From Candidatus Sulfomarinibacteraceae bacterium (GTDB lineage Bacteria; Acidobacteriota; Thermoanaerobaculia; Thermoanaerobaculales; Sulfomarinibacteraceae): a DNA stretch of 64,000 bases. Under the pieces are notes generated by a model that was not told the origin of the DNA, ran no database searches, and saw nothing but the letters and a program-made list of their open reading frames with translations. Positions 9,513 through 18,849 of the stretch are shown here, piece after piece. Location of the stretch: NCBI GenBank assembly GCA_963796455.1, contig CAWCLO010000005.1, positions 32,001 to 96,000 on the forward strand. Reading direction: 5' to 3'. Each line of letters begins with the position of its first letter. The stretch's first letter is position 1. The position numbers were made by a program, and so were the translations under genes.

Positions 9513-10859
9513 ATGAGGGCTCTTCGTCTTCTTCTTGTGGTGCTCGCCGTGGCCGGCATTCTGACCTCGACTTCAGATGCCCAGCAAACCCCTGCGACCT
9601 TCGAATTCAGTTTCTCGAACCCCGGTGCCCGGAGCCTCGGTCTCGGAGGGGCCTTTGCCGCCCTCGCCGACGACGCCACGGCAGCTTTTGCCAACCCGGC
9701 GGGGTTGGTGCAGTTGGTTTCTCCCGAAATTTCGGCTGAACTTCGCCACTGGAGCTATTCGACACCCTATATCGAAGGTGGTCGTTACGAGGGTGAACCA
9801 ACTGGGATCGGTCTTGACACAACCGACTCTTTGCGGACCGCCGTTTCAAAAGAAGATCTCACCGGTCTGTCTTTCTTGTCATTTGTTTATCCGATGGGGA
9901 AGTGGTCTTTTGCGGTGTACCGCCACGAGCTGGCCAACTTCCGCGCCACCACCGCGACCGAGGGTCTGTTTCCTGGCGAGGACCTGCCCCGGGCGATCGA
10001 TCGAAGATGGTCGACCGATCTCGATATCGTCAGTTTCGGGGCAGCCGGCGCCTACCGGATCAGCGACCGGCTCAGCCTCGGCCTTGGTGTCGTGTATTTC
10101 GGCGGCCGTCTCGATGCTCCATTCGAGTGGTCTCTGCCGGACGATATTCAAACGTTCGAAGGCTTTTTTGGTCCGACCTCCTATCTTCCAGAGCAGCAGC
10201 TTGCCAATGGAGAGATGGCGATCGATGATTCTGATTGGGGATTGAACGTGGGTCTGCTCTGGAGCTTCGCTGAGGGGTGGAGCCTCGGGTCCTTTTACCG
10301 TCAGGCGCCGGAGTTCAGTCTGACCTACACCATCCGTGCGGGTCCGTCAGCACCCTTGTTGAACCCGGACTACACGGATGGCGGAACCATCGTGAAGATT
10401 CGTACGCCGATGCAATTCCCGGATGTCTATGGTGCGGGCCTCTCGTATCGCTCGGCCGACGGAAAGCTCGCCGTCGGATTCGAGTGGGACCGGGTGGAGT
10501 ACTCGTCGATCTTTGGCAGCTTCGATCCTGTCGCGATCGAAACGGTCGATGACGACCTCGACCTCGAGGTGGTGCTGGCCGCAGATGATGGGAACGAGTT
10601 TCGCCTGGGTGCCGAGTACGCCTTCCTCGATCTGCAGCCGGTTGTGGCCGTGAGGGCTGGTTTGTGGATTGACCCCGATCACCGTTTCCACAGCATCAGC
10701 GATGAACCCGAGCACCGCGCCTTGTTTCCGCCCGGGGAGGACGAACTCCACATAGCGCTGGGCCTCGGTCTCGCATTCTCTTCCTTCCAGATCGATCTCG
10801 CAGCCGATTTCTCCGATCTCGTCGACACCGTTTCGCTGTCGGCGATCTACAGTTTTTGA
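9513..10859 (+). CDS. Outer-membrane beta-barrel, FadL/PorV-like
   Basis: Signal peptide; GARSLGLGGAFAALADDATAAFANPAGL motif; C-terminal YSF beta-signal. Confidence 0.85.
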   Translation: MRALRLLLVVLAVAGILTSTSDAQQTPATFEFSFSNPGARSLGLGGAFAALADDATAAFANPAGLVQLVSPEISAELRHWSYSTPYIEGGRYEGEPTGIGLDTTDSLRTAVSKEDLTGLSFLSFVYPMGKWSFAVYRHELANFRATTATEGLFPGEDLPRAIDRRWSTDLDIVSFGAAGAYRISDRLSLGLGVVYFGGRLDAPFEWSLPDDIQTFEGFFGPTSYLPEQQLANGEMAIDDSDWGLNVGLLWSFAEGWSLGSFYRQAPEFSLTYTIRAGPSAPLLNPDYTDGGTIVKIRTPMQFPDVYGAGLSYRSADGKLAVGFEWDRVEYSSIFGSFDPVAIETVDDDLDLEVVLAADDGNEFRLGAEYAFLDLQPVVAVRAGLWIDPDHRFHSISDEPEHRALFPPGEDELHIALGLGLAFSSFQIDLAADFSDLVDTVSLSAIYSF

Positions 10860-10862
10860 CGG

Positions 10863-10991
10863 TCAAAGCACGGCCACGATCATCAGTACGATCAGCAGAA
10901 TCAATGCGGTGATGACTGTGATCGGCACGTCGGAAGGCCGCGGTTCGCCCGTGCTCGAATATCGTGAGGTGGCTTGTCGTCGGGATCCCAT
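10863..10991 (-). CDS. Small 42-aa single-TM protein (not in ORF track)
   Basis: My translation: MGSRRQATSRYSSTGEPRPSDVPITVITALILLIVLMIVAVL. SD GAGGAG upstream of the ATG. Confidence 0.55.
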   Translation of the reverse strand: MGSRRQATSRYSSTGEPRPSDVPITVITALILLIVLMIVAVL

Positions 10992-11164
10992 GACCCTGCT
11001 CCTCTCCCTCAGCTCTTCATTTCTCGAATATGGGTCTTCTCGATAGCCGTCGCTTGATGGATTTCTGAGGTCAGCGTGAGGGTCTGGTGAGGCTCTGCCC
11101 CGTGTTAGGATCGGGCCCGAACCAGGGTCATTTATTGATGGTCGAGGAACTGTGGAGGAGCAGT

Positions 11165-12478
11165 TTGAGCTTCAAACACCGAATCCCGGCGATGATGGCT
11201 GTTTCGTGCCTGATTGCTGCCTTCACCGCCGCGCAGGAAGCACCGCCGGCGCTCGAGTTCAACTTCTCGAACCCGGGTGCCCGGAGCCTGGGGCTCGGTG
11301 GTGCATTTGCAGCCCTCGCCGATGACGCGACCGCCGCCTTTGCCAACCCCTCCGGCCTGGTCCAGTTGGCACTGCCGGAGATCTCGCTCGAACTGAGATC
11401 TCGCCGCTATCAGATTCCCTATACCACCGGAGGGCGGGTCGAGGGCCCCCCATCCGGTCAGGGCATCGATACCGTGGACGGCCTCCGAACCGGGGTCTCG
11501 AACGAAACCGTGTCCGGCCTGTCTTTTCTGTCTTTCGTCTACCCGGGCGAGCGGTGGTCGCTCGCCGTCTATCGCCACCAGCTTGCCGAGTACGCCATTC
11601 GGACCGAAATCGACGGTCTCTTCGGCGATGTGCCGGAAGGGGGCACCCGGCGCTATGACGACCAGCAACTGGTCACCCAGCTCGACATTGTCGGGACCGG
11701 CCTGTCGGGTGCTTTCAGAGTCAGCGACAACCTGAGCCTCGGGGTGGGTCTGAGCTATTTTACGGGTGATGTTCGGAATCAGGCGCATGTCTATCTGATC
11801 GACAGCTTCCCGGAGACATTTTGGCAGTCGAACTCGTTTTTTCCCGACCGCTTGTACACCATGAGCGACTTTGTCATCAAGGATTCGGATTGGGGTATCA
11901 ACCTCGGTTTTCTGTGGAAGATCGCCGACAGCTGGCGTCTCGGTGGTGTGTTTCGCGAGGGCCCGCGTTTCGACTACGAGTTGCAGATTCTGGCCGGTCC
12001 GGCATCCCCGCTTCCGGAGGGCAGCGTCATCGATTCACTGAACGGTCGATCCCTGGCCTTCCCGGATGTCTTGGGCCTGGGTGTCGCCTATCGATCGCCG
12101 GACGGCCGGTGGACGGTCGGCTTCGAGTGGGACCGGGTTGAATATTCGGTCATCAAAGAAACGCTCGACTCGCCATTGGCGGACACCTCGCTCGTGGCGC
12201 TCGAAGATGGTGATGAACTGCACCTCGGGGTCGAGTACGCCTTTCTGAAAACTTCTCCGCTGATCGCGGTTCGCGGCGGTCTTTGGCGGGATCCCGATCA
12301 TCGTTTTCGCTACACGGGATCGGACCCGTTTCAACAAGCGCTCTTTCCGGCGGGACAGGACGAACTGCACCTCGCACTGGGTGTCGGCATCGCCTTCAGT
12401 CGATTTCAGATCGATCTCGGAATCGATCTTTCGGAAGAGATCGACACCCTTGCGCTGTCGGCCATTTACAGCTTCTGA
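11165..12478 (+). CDS. Outer-membrane beta-barrel, FadL/PorV-like (paralog 2)
   Basis: Same N-terminal motif and SAIYSF terminus as 9513-10859; TTG start after SD GGAGGAG. Confidence 0.85.
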   Translation: MSFKHRIPAMMAVSCLIAAFTAAQEAPPALEFNFSNPGARSLGLGGAFAALADDATAAFANPSGLVQLALPEISLELRSRRYQIPYTTGGRVEGPPSGQGIDTVDGLRTGVSNETVSGLSFLSFVYPGERWSLAVYRHQLAEYAIRTEIDGLFGDVPEGGTRRYDDQQLVTQLDIVGTGLSGAFRVSDNLSLGVGLSYFTGDVRNQAHVYLIDSFPETFWQSNSFFPDRLYTMSDFVIKDSDWGINLGFLWKIADSWRLGGVFREGPRFDYELQILAGPASPLPEGSVIDSLNGRSLAFPDVLGLGVAYRSPDGRWTVGFEWDRVEYSVIKETLDSPLADTSLVALEDGDELHLGVEYAFLKTSPLIAVRGGLWRDPDHRFRYTGSDPFQQALFPAGQDELHLALGVGIAFSRFQIDLGIDLSEEIDTLALSAIYSF

Positions 12479-14382
12479 TCGCGGGAATTCTCCGCAATGC
12501 GGTCGAGCGCTTGTTCGAGGTCGACGGCGCTGGCAATCCGATCCGCGGGATCTTTGGCAAGGCAGCGCAGGATCAGGGCCGCAAGCTCTCCCGGGATCTC
12601 CTCGGTCAGCGCCACCAGATCCGGCAGCGGGGCGTTGCGTTGCATCGCCAGGACCTCGGGGATGGAGTCGGCCTCGAAGGGGCGCCTGCCGGTCGCCATC
12701 TCGAAGATGACCAGACCCAGGGCATAAAGATCCGAACGTTCATCGAGCGGGTCGAGGGAAACCTGCTCCGGTGAGGCGTAGTGGGGGGTGCCGACAAAGA
12801 GCCCGTGTTGAGTGAGGCCGTGTTCGCCGATCAGTCTGGCGAGCCCGAAGTCGGCCAGAAAGGGTTCGCCTTTGGCGTCGAGAAGGATATTCGAAGGTTT
12901 GATGTCGCGATGGAGCACATTGCGCCGATGAGCCGAGGCCAGTGCCGAACACAGCTTGGCCGCGATCGAGATGACATCCGGCGCCGGCAAGGGCGCACTC
13001 TCGGAAATCAGATCGGCCAGGGTGCCACCTTCGATCCACTGCATTGTGAGATAGGTCCCGGCATCCGATGACCCCAGGTGGTAGACGCGGAGAATGTTGG
13101 GGTGGGCGATATCCCGCGACAACAGAATTTCCTGGCGGACGCGATCGAGAGCCTCCCGGTTGGCCACGTACTCGGGTCTGAGAAGCTTCAGGGCGACCCA
13201 CGAATCGAGCAGCGTGTCGCGAGCCTTGTAGACGCTGCCGGTGGCCCCAACGCCGATCTCTTCCGAAAGCGTGTAGCGTTGATCCACCATCCGAACCGAG
13301 ATGGTCGTGTCGCAGTCGCTCGCCTCGGGTGCGGGTGGCACTGGCGGTGGAGCGTATTCTTCGAGCCAGCGCCGAAGAAAAAACCCCGAGACGCAAAAAC
13401 TGCGCTGTTCATCGCGGCTGATCTGACCCAGGTTTTCGAGCCGTTGCAGAGCGTCCTCGCGGTCGACGGTGGAGACCCTGAGTGCCTCGTGAATTGACTG
13501 ATCGGAGGCCGATCCCTGTTCCGCAATCAGCCGGAGCACGGTTTGCTCGGTCGATGACAACAGCTCGAAATCCACCGAGAGGAAATAGCTGATCATTCGG
13601 TCACCGGAGACCTGTCGAACGGCTTCTTCAAGATCTCCGAGTTCGAGAAAGCGCTTGCAGACCAGTTGAATCAAGTAGGGGTGGTTGTCGCACCGGCTGC
13701 GGATTTCCTCGGCTTCGTCGACACCGATTCCTGCCCAGGCATCCTGAGTCAGGTGGTGCTGACGGATAAGCGATAGCGCTTCACGATCGGTGAGACCGGC
13801 GATGTAGAGAGGGGGGCTGAAACCGTGCAAGAAAGGCGATGTGTCGCCTCGTTGTTCCGCCAACGCGCAGAGCCGGACCGATGAGGTGAGTACCGATCGA
13901 AGTCCGTCGTGCGACTGCATCGCGCGGCGCAGTTTGCGCAGCAGAGCCGGGTTCTGACGATGGAGATTGAGGAGCTCCTCCACCTCATCGCAGAGCAGCA
14001 ACAATGAACGCCCCAGGCCCCGGACCTTGCGGCGAAGCAAACCCATGGATGCAAAGAGGTCGTCGCCCTCGATTTCTGAGATTTCGATTCCCATGCTCTG
14101 AAGACGGTCTTCGGCATCGAGCAATGCGTCTGAAAAGGTGAGGTCGAGCTCGGCCGAGTCTTCCGCTCCCTGGAAGTCCCAGAAGATTGGAACAAAGCCG
14201 CTGTCCTCGGAATCGGTCAGGTGCTCGAGTTGCTTGAGGAGCGAGGTCTTGCCGATCCGGCGGGTGCCGAGCACCCACAAGGAATTGCGGGGCCCATTCA
14301 GGATCTCGTCGATCAGCGCTGCCCGTCCATAGAAGCGTTGGCCACGGACCCACTGTCCAACGACGAAGGGATTCACCTGCAT
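12466..14382 (-). CDS. STAND-like AAA ATPase fused to a Hanks-type Ser/Thr kinase
   Basis: NPFVVG...FYGR, GTRRIGKTS, LLLCDEVE; intact kinase motifs GVGATG, VALK, HRDIKPSN, DFG, GTPHYASPEQ. Confidence 0.92.
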   Translation of the reverse strand: MQVNPFVVGQWVRGQRFYGRAALIDEILNGPRNSLWVLGTRRIGKTSLLKQLEHLTDSEDSGFVPIFWDFQGAEDSAELDLTFSDALLDAEDRLQSMGIEISEIEGDDLFASMGLLRRKVRGLGRSLLLLCDEVEELLNLHRQNPALLRKLRRAMQSHDGLRSVLTSSVRLCALAEQRGDTSPFLHGFSPPLYIAGLTDREALSLIRQHHLTQDAWAGIGVDEAEEIRSRCDNHPYLIQLVCKRFLELGDLEEAVRQVSGDRMISYFLSVDFELLSSTEQTVLRLIAEQGSASDQSIHEALRVSTVDREDALQRLENLGQISRDEQRSFCVSGFFLRRWLEEYAPPPVPPAPEASDCDTTISVRMVDQRYTLSEEIGVGATGSVYKARDTLLDSWVALKLLRPEYVANREALDRVRQEILLSRDIAHPNILRVYHLGSSDAGTYLTMQWIEGGTLADLISESAPLPAPDVISIAAKLCSALASAHRRNVLHRDIKPSNILLDAKGEPFLADFGLARLIGEHGLTQHGLFVGTPHYASPEQVSLDPLDERSDLYALGLVIFEMATGRRPFEADSIPEVLAMQRNAPLPDLVALTEEIPGELAALILRCLAKDPADRIASAVDLEQALDRIAENSRDQKL

Positions 14383-14383
14383 T

Positions 14384-16840
14384 TTACGGATTCTGATCGC
14401 GTTCGACGGCCTCGACATCGGAGACGGTGATGGTACGGCGGCCCTCTTCGTGGAGGCGGTTGACGAGGCTGATACACAGCCTCTGAACACGGTAGGGTTT
14501 GTTGTCGGTGAGCTCGACGATTCGATCCGCGACGCCCTCTTCGATCTTGAAGACGCCGAGGATCGGTCGGGTGATCAAGGCCTCCGTATCCTCCGGGCCG
14601 ATTGAGGTGATCTCGATCTCCTCGAAGAAGTTGTACCAGGGGCTGCCCTCTTTGTCCCACTGCTTCCGGATCTCGACCCCCGATACGACAGCCACCAGGT
14701 TTTCGGCGAAGCTCTTCATGAAGAGGCTTCGAAGCCGTTGGTTGATCCTCGGGTCATAGGCGTTCAGTTCATCGACTTCGTCGATGAGCAGTACGATCTT
14801 GACGTGTTTTGATGTTTGCTTTTTGAGCTGCTGCATGACCCGACGAAGATCTCGAACCAATTCGCGATAACCGTAGGCTGAGCCATCCTTGAGATCGGCC
14901 GGCGGTTTGACTTCGCCAAGCAGGGGGGCCAGTTCGTGAAACACATCCTCTGCGAGAGTTGCAAAAAAATGATCCTCGGGCGTGCCCTGAAGATCGATAT
15001 AGACGGGGAAGAACTCGTACTGCGGGTCCTCGAGTTGCTGCAACCTCTTTCTCAAGTGATGCTGCAGTGAAGTTTTGCCGATTCGGCGCTCTCCGTAGAG
15101 GAGCAGGCTGTTGTTGTGAACGGTCTGTAGAATCCTCTCGACGAGCTGTTCGCGGCCAAAAAACATCTGGTTGTCGAGCACCGGAGCCCCGGCGATATAG
15201 GGGTTGAAACGTCTCTTCAAGAGCCGGCGGCGTCGCGTCGCGCGCCGGGCCCAGACAATGGCCAGGACCGCGATCGGGGTGACGGCGACGAAAAGCTGGA
15301 ACCAGCCCGAACGATAGAAGGGAGCCGCGTATAAAACCGTGTACTCGGCGCTCGACGACAGACCTGCGCTGTCGGTTGCGAGCAGCTGATAGGTCGTCGG
15401 CCCGTCTTCGAGCTCGTCCGCGATGGAAAACTCGGTGATATAGATCTCGCCGACCGGCTGGCTCGAACTCGTGCCCTCGATCTCTTCGCCGGTCGACTTC
15501 TGGAAGCGCACCTCGACCGGCGAGTTGTCGATCACGACGCCGCTCAGGAAGAACCCGGGACGCGAAACCATCTGGACCCGCGAGCCGTCCTCACCGTCGA
15601 CCCTCGAATCGGCAAACCTGACGGCCGGTGGGATGTTCTCGACCGTCCGTGAACCGAGGAGGCGGCGGCTGATTGCTCCGTAAGACTGGCGAATCTGCTC
15701 GAGCGCCGCGGCGTTGCCCGGGTCGAGGGCGAGGGCGCGGTTGGCGCCCGATATGGCCCCTTCGAAGCGACCGTTCGTGAAATCTCTTTGCGCCTGGTCC
15801 AGCACGTCGGCGAGCGATGTCCGAGCCAGCGACGCCCGCTGATCGTTGAGTGCGCGTTGCTGCAGGGCCAGGGCCTCGCGGTTTTCGGGGTCGGCCGCGA
15901 GCACCGGTTGCAGGCGATCGAGGGCCTCCTCGTATTGTCCTGCCCGTTGCAACTCGCCGGCCTGGGCAAGGCCGCGGGCAACGGCTTCCCTCTGTGCTTC
16001 GGCGTCCTGGTCGGCCTGGATCTCCGCCAGCAATCCGGCCCTCGCCCGTGCCAGAAGTTGCCCGGATTCGTCGCTCGGCCGGAGCGATTGTGCCTGCTGG
16101 AATACGCTTGCGGCCTCGCTGAAATCTCCTTCTTGGAGGTGCTTCCGACCGGTTGCAACCAAGGCCTCTGCTCGGATTCGATCGGATTCGGTCTGTTCTC
16201 TCCGAACGACCTCCGTCCTCAAGTCTTCCATTTTGGAGACGGCTTCGGCATTTTCCGGATCCACCGCGAGACCGGCCCCGAGGGCCTCCATGGCAGCTTT
16301 GAGGCGGCCCTGTCTTTCGAGGATCTCGGCCTCGCGGAGGCTCGAGCGGACAATCTCCGTTATTCGTTCGCCTTCGGCCGCAGCCGCGCCTTCGCGGGCT
16401 TCGATCGCCAGTCTCCGATAGCGCTCGAGGTCGGCCATGGCCTCTTCAGAGGCCTGGACCGCACCCAGTTGTTCCTCGGTCTGGAATGCCTGCAGGGCGG
16501 CGTCGAGCTGACCGAGGTTGTAATAGGCGATGCCGAGCTTGAGGTATGGAAAATAGGCGACGACCTTCATTCCATAGGACCGAACCCGAGCTCCGGAATC
16601 ACCCTTGCGCTCCAAAGCTTGTTGCAACTCGCTGACTGCCACGGTCCACTCGCCGCGTTTGAGAGCGGTTTCGGCACGCGCGTAGTGTTCGTACCAATAG
16701 TCGGCCCAGGCAGGCGGGACGGCGGCCGTCAGCACACAGGCGAGGAGAATGCAGACGATGCCCGGTCGGACCGAAATGGAGGATCGCCAGATCGGATCTG
16801 CGCTGGCGGCCCGGCGGCGATGATGAGCTGTGGTCTTCAA
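14384..16840 (-). CDS. Signal peptide-TPR-beta domain-TM-STAND-like ATPase (receptor-like)
   Basis: Hydrophobic leader ending PAWA; TPR-like repeats; TM WFQLFVAVTPIAVLAIVW plus Arg-rich stretch; FNPYIAG, GERRIGKTS, LLIDEVD. TTG start after GGAG inferred; the longer ORF overlaps the divergent gene. Confidence 0.85.
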   Translation of the reverse strand: MKTTAHHRRRAASADPIWRSSISVRPGIVCILLACVLTAAVPPAWADYWYEHYARAETALKRGEWTVAVSELQQALERKGDSGARVRSYGMKVVAYFPYLKLGIAYYNLGQLDAALQAFQTEEQLGAVQASEEAMADLERYRRLAIEAREGAAAAEGERITEIVRSSLREAEILERQGRLKAAMEALGAGLAVDPENAEAVSKMEDLRTEVVRREQTESDRIRAEALVATGRKHLQEGDFSEAASVFQQAQSLRPSDESGQLLARARAGLLAEIQADQDAEAQREAVARGLAQAGELQRAGQYEEALDRLQPVLAADPENREALALQQRALNDQRASLARTSLADVLDQAQRDFTNGRFEGAISGANRALALDPGNAAALEQIRQSYGAISRRLLGSRTVENIPPAVRFADSRVDGEDGSRVQMVSRPGFFLSGVVIDNSPVEVRFQKSTGEEIEGTSSSQPVGEIYITEFSIADELEDGPTTYQLLATDSAGLSSSAEYTVLYAAPFYRSGWFQLFVAVTPIAVLAIVWARRATRRRRLLKRRFNPYIAGAPVLDNQMFFGREQLVERILQTVHNNSLLLYGERRIGKTSLQHHLRKRLQQLEDPQYEFFPVYIDLQGTPEDHFFATLAEDVFHELAPLLGEVKPPADLKDGSAYGYRELVRDLRRVMQQLKKQTSKHVKIVLLIDEVDELNAYDPRINQRLRSLFMKSFAENLVAVVSGVEIRKQWDKEGSPWYNFFEEIEITSIGPEDTEALITRPILGVFKIEEGVADRIVELTDNKPYRVQRLCISLVNRLHEEGRRTITVSDVEAVERDQNP

Positions 16841-16904
16841 CGGTGCTCCACGCCGAGTGTAACCCGGGACCGGGCCGAGGAAGCGGGCTTGTGAGTCGAG
16901 TAGG

Positions 16905-17627
16905 ATGGTCTCCATGACGAGTGAGAAGAGAATTCTGGACATCGACGGGGTGGAACTCGAACTGCGGTTGGTCCGGAAACGAGTCAAAAACGTCAATGCG
17001 CGGCTCTGCGGCGGCACGCTTTCGGTGAGTGCCCCATTCAGGATGTCGCGTCGCGAGCTCGACGAAACCATTGTTGATCTTGCCAGGTCTCTTCTGAGGC
17101 GGACGCGGGCCCTGCAGGTCAATGCCGACGGAAGGGCGGAAAAAGTCGCCCGCAAGATCGCGGCCCGGTTTGAATCACCACCAGCGGTCAACGAGGTGCT
17201 TTTTGTCACCAATCAGCGATCGCGTTGGGGAAGCTACAGTCCGCAGAAGGGTGTCGTTCGACTCAATGCCGCCCTCAAGCTCATGCCGCCGTGGGTGCTC
17301 GAGGCGGTTGTCGCACACGAGTTGGCGCACGCGTTTCACCTCGACCATTCCCCCGAGTTCTGGGAGCTGACGCGCTCCGTTTGCCGCCACACCGATCGGG
17401 CACGTGCATTTTTGGAAGGTGTGACCTGGCTCGCCTCATCCTGGGAGACCTTGCCGCCGGTCGAGAGGTCGCAGCTGGTAGGGGAGGAGCCGGTCCGTCC
17501 CGAAAGTGGCGATCTCCGGCGAAAGGGGGAAGGGGAGAAAGGGGGAAAGGGAGAGCCGTCACGAGTCCGTGGAAACAAAAATGAACAGCCCCCGGTTTTC
17601 TCTGCTCCCCGATTGCCCTTCGATTGA
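16905..17627 (+). CDS. YgjP/DUF45-like (M48-related) metal-dependent hydrolase
   Basis: RWGS motif, VVAHELAH (HExxH), HSPEFW. Confidence 0.85.
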   Translation: MVSMTSEKRILDIDGVELELRLVRKRVKNVNARLCGGTLSVSAPFRMSRRELDETIVDLARSLLRRTRALQVNADGRAEKVARKIAARFESPPAVNEVLFVTNQRSRWGSYSPQKGVVRLNAALKLMPPWVLEAVVAHELAHAFHLDHSPEFWELTRSVCRHTDRARAFLEGVTWLASSWETLPPVERSQLVGEEPVRPESGDLRRKGEGEKGGKGEPSRVRGNKNEQPPVFSAPRLPFD

Positions 17628-18758
17628 ACCCAGGTGACCCAGACCGAGGGACGTCGCAAACACGAAGACACAAAGACACAAAGCAGCCACACCAAGAAAA
17701 CCACAGAGGCACGGAGACACAGAGAGAGAGAGAACGCCCGCAGATCACGCAGATAGACGCAGATTGATCATCGCTATCGCTATCGCTATCGCTATCGACG
17801 GGAGACGAATCGGATATGCCCACAGATCACCCAGATGGCCCAGATCGATGGACGTCGCAACCACGAAGACACAAAGACACGAAGAACATCACAAAGCCGG
17901 GCCATCGGTTTTGCCCACAGAGCACACAGAAAAACACAGAAGCCATCGCAAAGGCATGACCGGAGTGCAGCCGGGACGGCTGCACCACAATTGTGGTGCA
18001 CGCGTCTCGCGTGCACATGGTTGAACCGCAAAGAACGCAAAGAACGCAAAGAACGCAAAGTCGCAGAGACGCCAAGGCCTGGTTGGCGAGCTTTTGCGAC
18101 GTAGCCATCAGTGTCGGCAGATCGACCGACGATCTCCGATCGTCAGTCGCCGGTGAGAAGCGGGGCGCCTCCGATCACCAGTGCTCGGAGCCACCCCGCT
18201 CCCCACCGGCCGGCACGCCTACGGCATGCCGGATCTGCCTTGCATCGGTGACATCCTCACTTGATTGAAGAAAAGGAGAGGCAGGAGGCGAGCCCTGCGC
18301 GGTCGCGCAGGCAGCTGGGTCAGGAAACCGCGACGAAAGCTGGTTTTCGGGGCGGTTTCCTGGCCCAGCTGTACCTGGCCGCCATTGGCGGCCGGGACCT
18401 CGCCGGACTGGGGGTTCTTTCGGGAAGTCCTCTGCGTCTCCGCGCCTCTGCGACTCTGCGTTTAAAAACCGAGAGGCCGCCGCTGCTCGTTTGCAGAGGT
18501 GGTCGATGTCCATTCAATCAATCTGTCCATTGCGACTCTGCGTTCAATACACTCTTGGCAATATCGTCCAGCAGTTCGGCTGCCGTTGCGTCTCCGCGCC
18601 TTTGCGCCTTTGCGTTGAAAAACCCCGACGCTGACGCCGTTCGATTGCGGAGATGGCTGATGCCTCTGCAATCAGGCTGTCATCTGCGTCTATCTGCGTG
18701 ATCTGCGGGCATATTGCGCTGCTTCGCGACGTCTTTGTGTCTTCGTGTTTGCGACGTC
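17628..18758. repeat. Composite palindromic repeat, family R copy 2
   Basis: Perfect 28-bp inverted repeat GACGTCGCAAACACGAAGACACAAAGAC at 17650-17677 / 18731-18758; conserved hairpin core ~17965-18440. Confidence 0.92.
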
Positions 18759-18849
18759 GATGGGATTCGGCGTCAAGTAGAAGATCGAGCTTGCCACGGC
18801 CTAGCCAGAGGCGAAGCCGAGTGTCTCTGTACTTCGTCCCGGCTGGGAG

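Noticed and set aside
16841..17212. N-terminal extension of the 942-aa ORF (similarly 30624-30830, 32297-32416, 40595-40708, 40952-41164, 58854-58979)
   Set aside because: These extensions overlap other genes or repeats; downstream starts with SD or signal peptides fit better.
18083..18100. Sigma-54 promoter-like TGGC...TTGC in family R copy 2
   Set aside because: GG-to-GC spacing is 9 nt rather than 10, and it is not conserved in copies 1 and 3.
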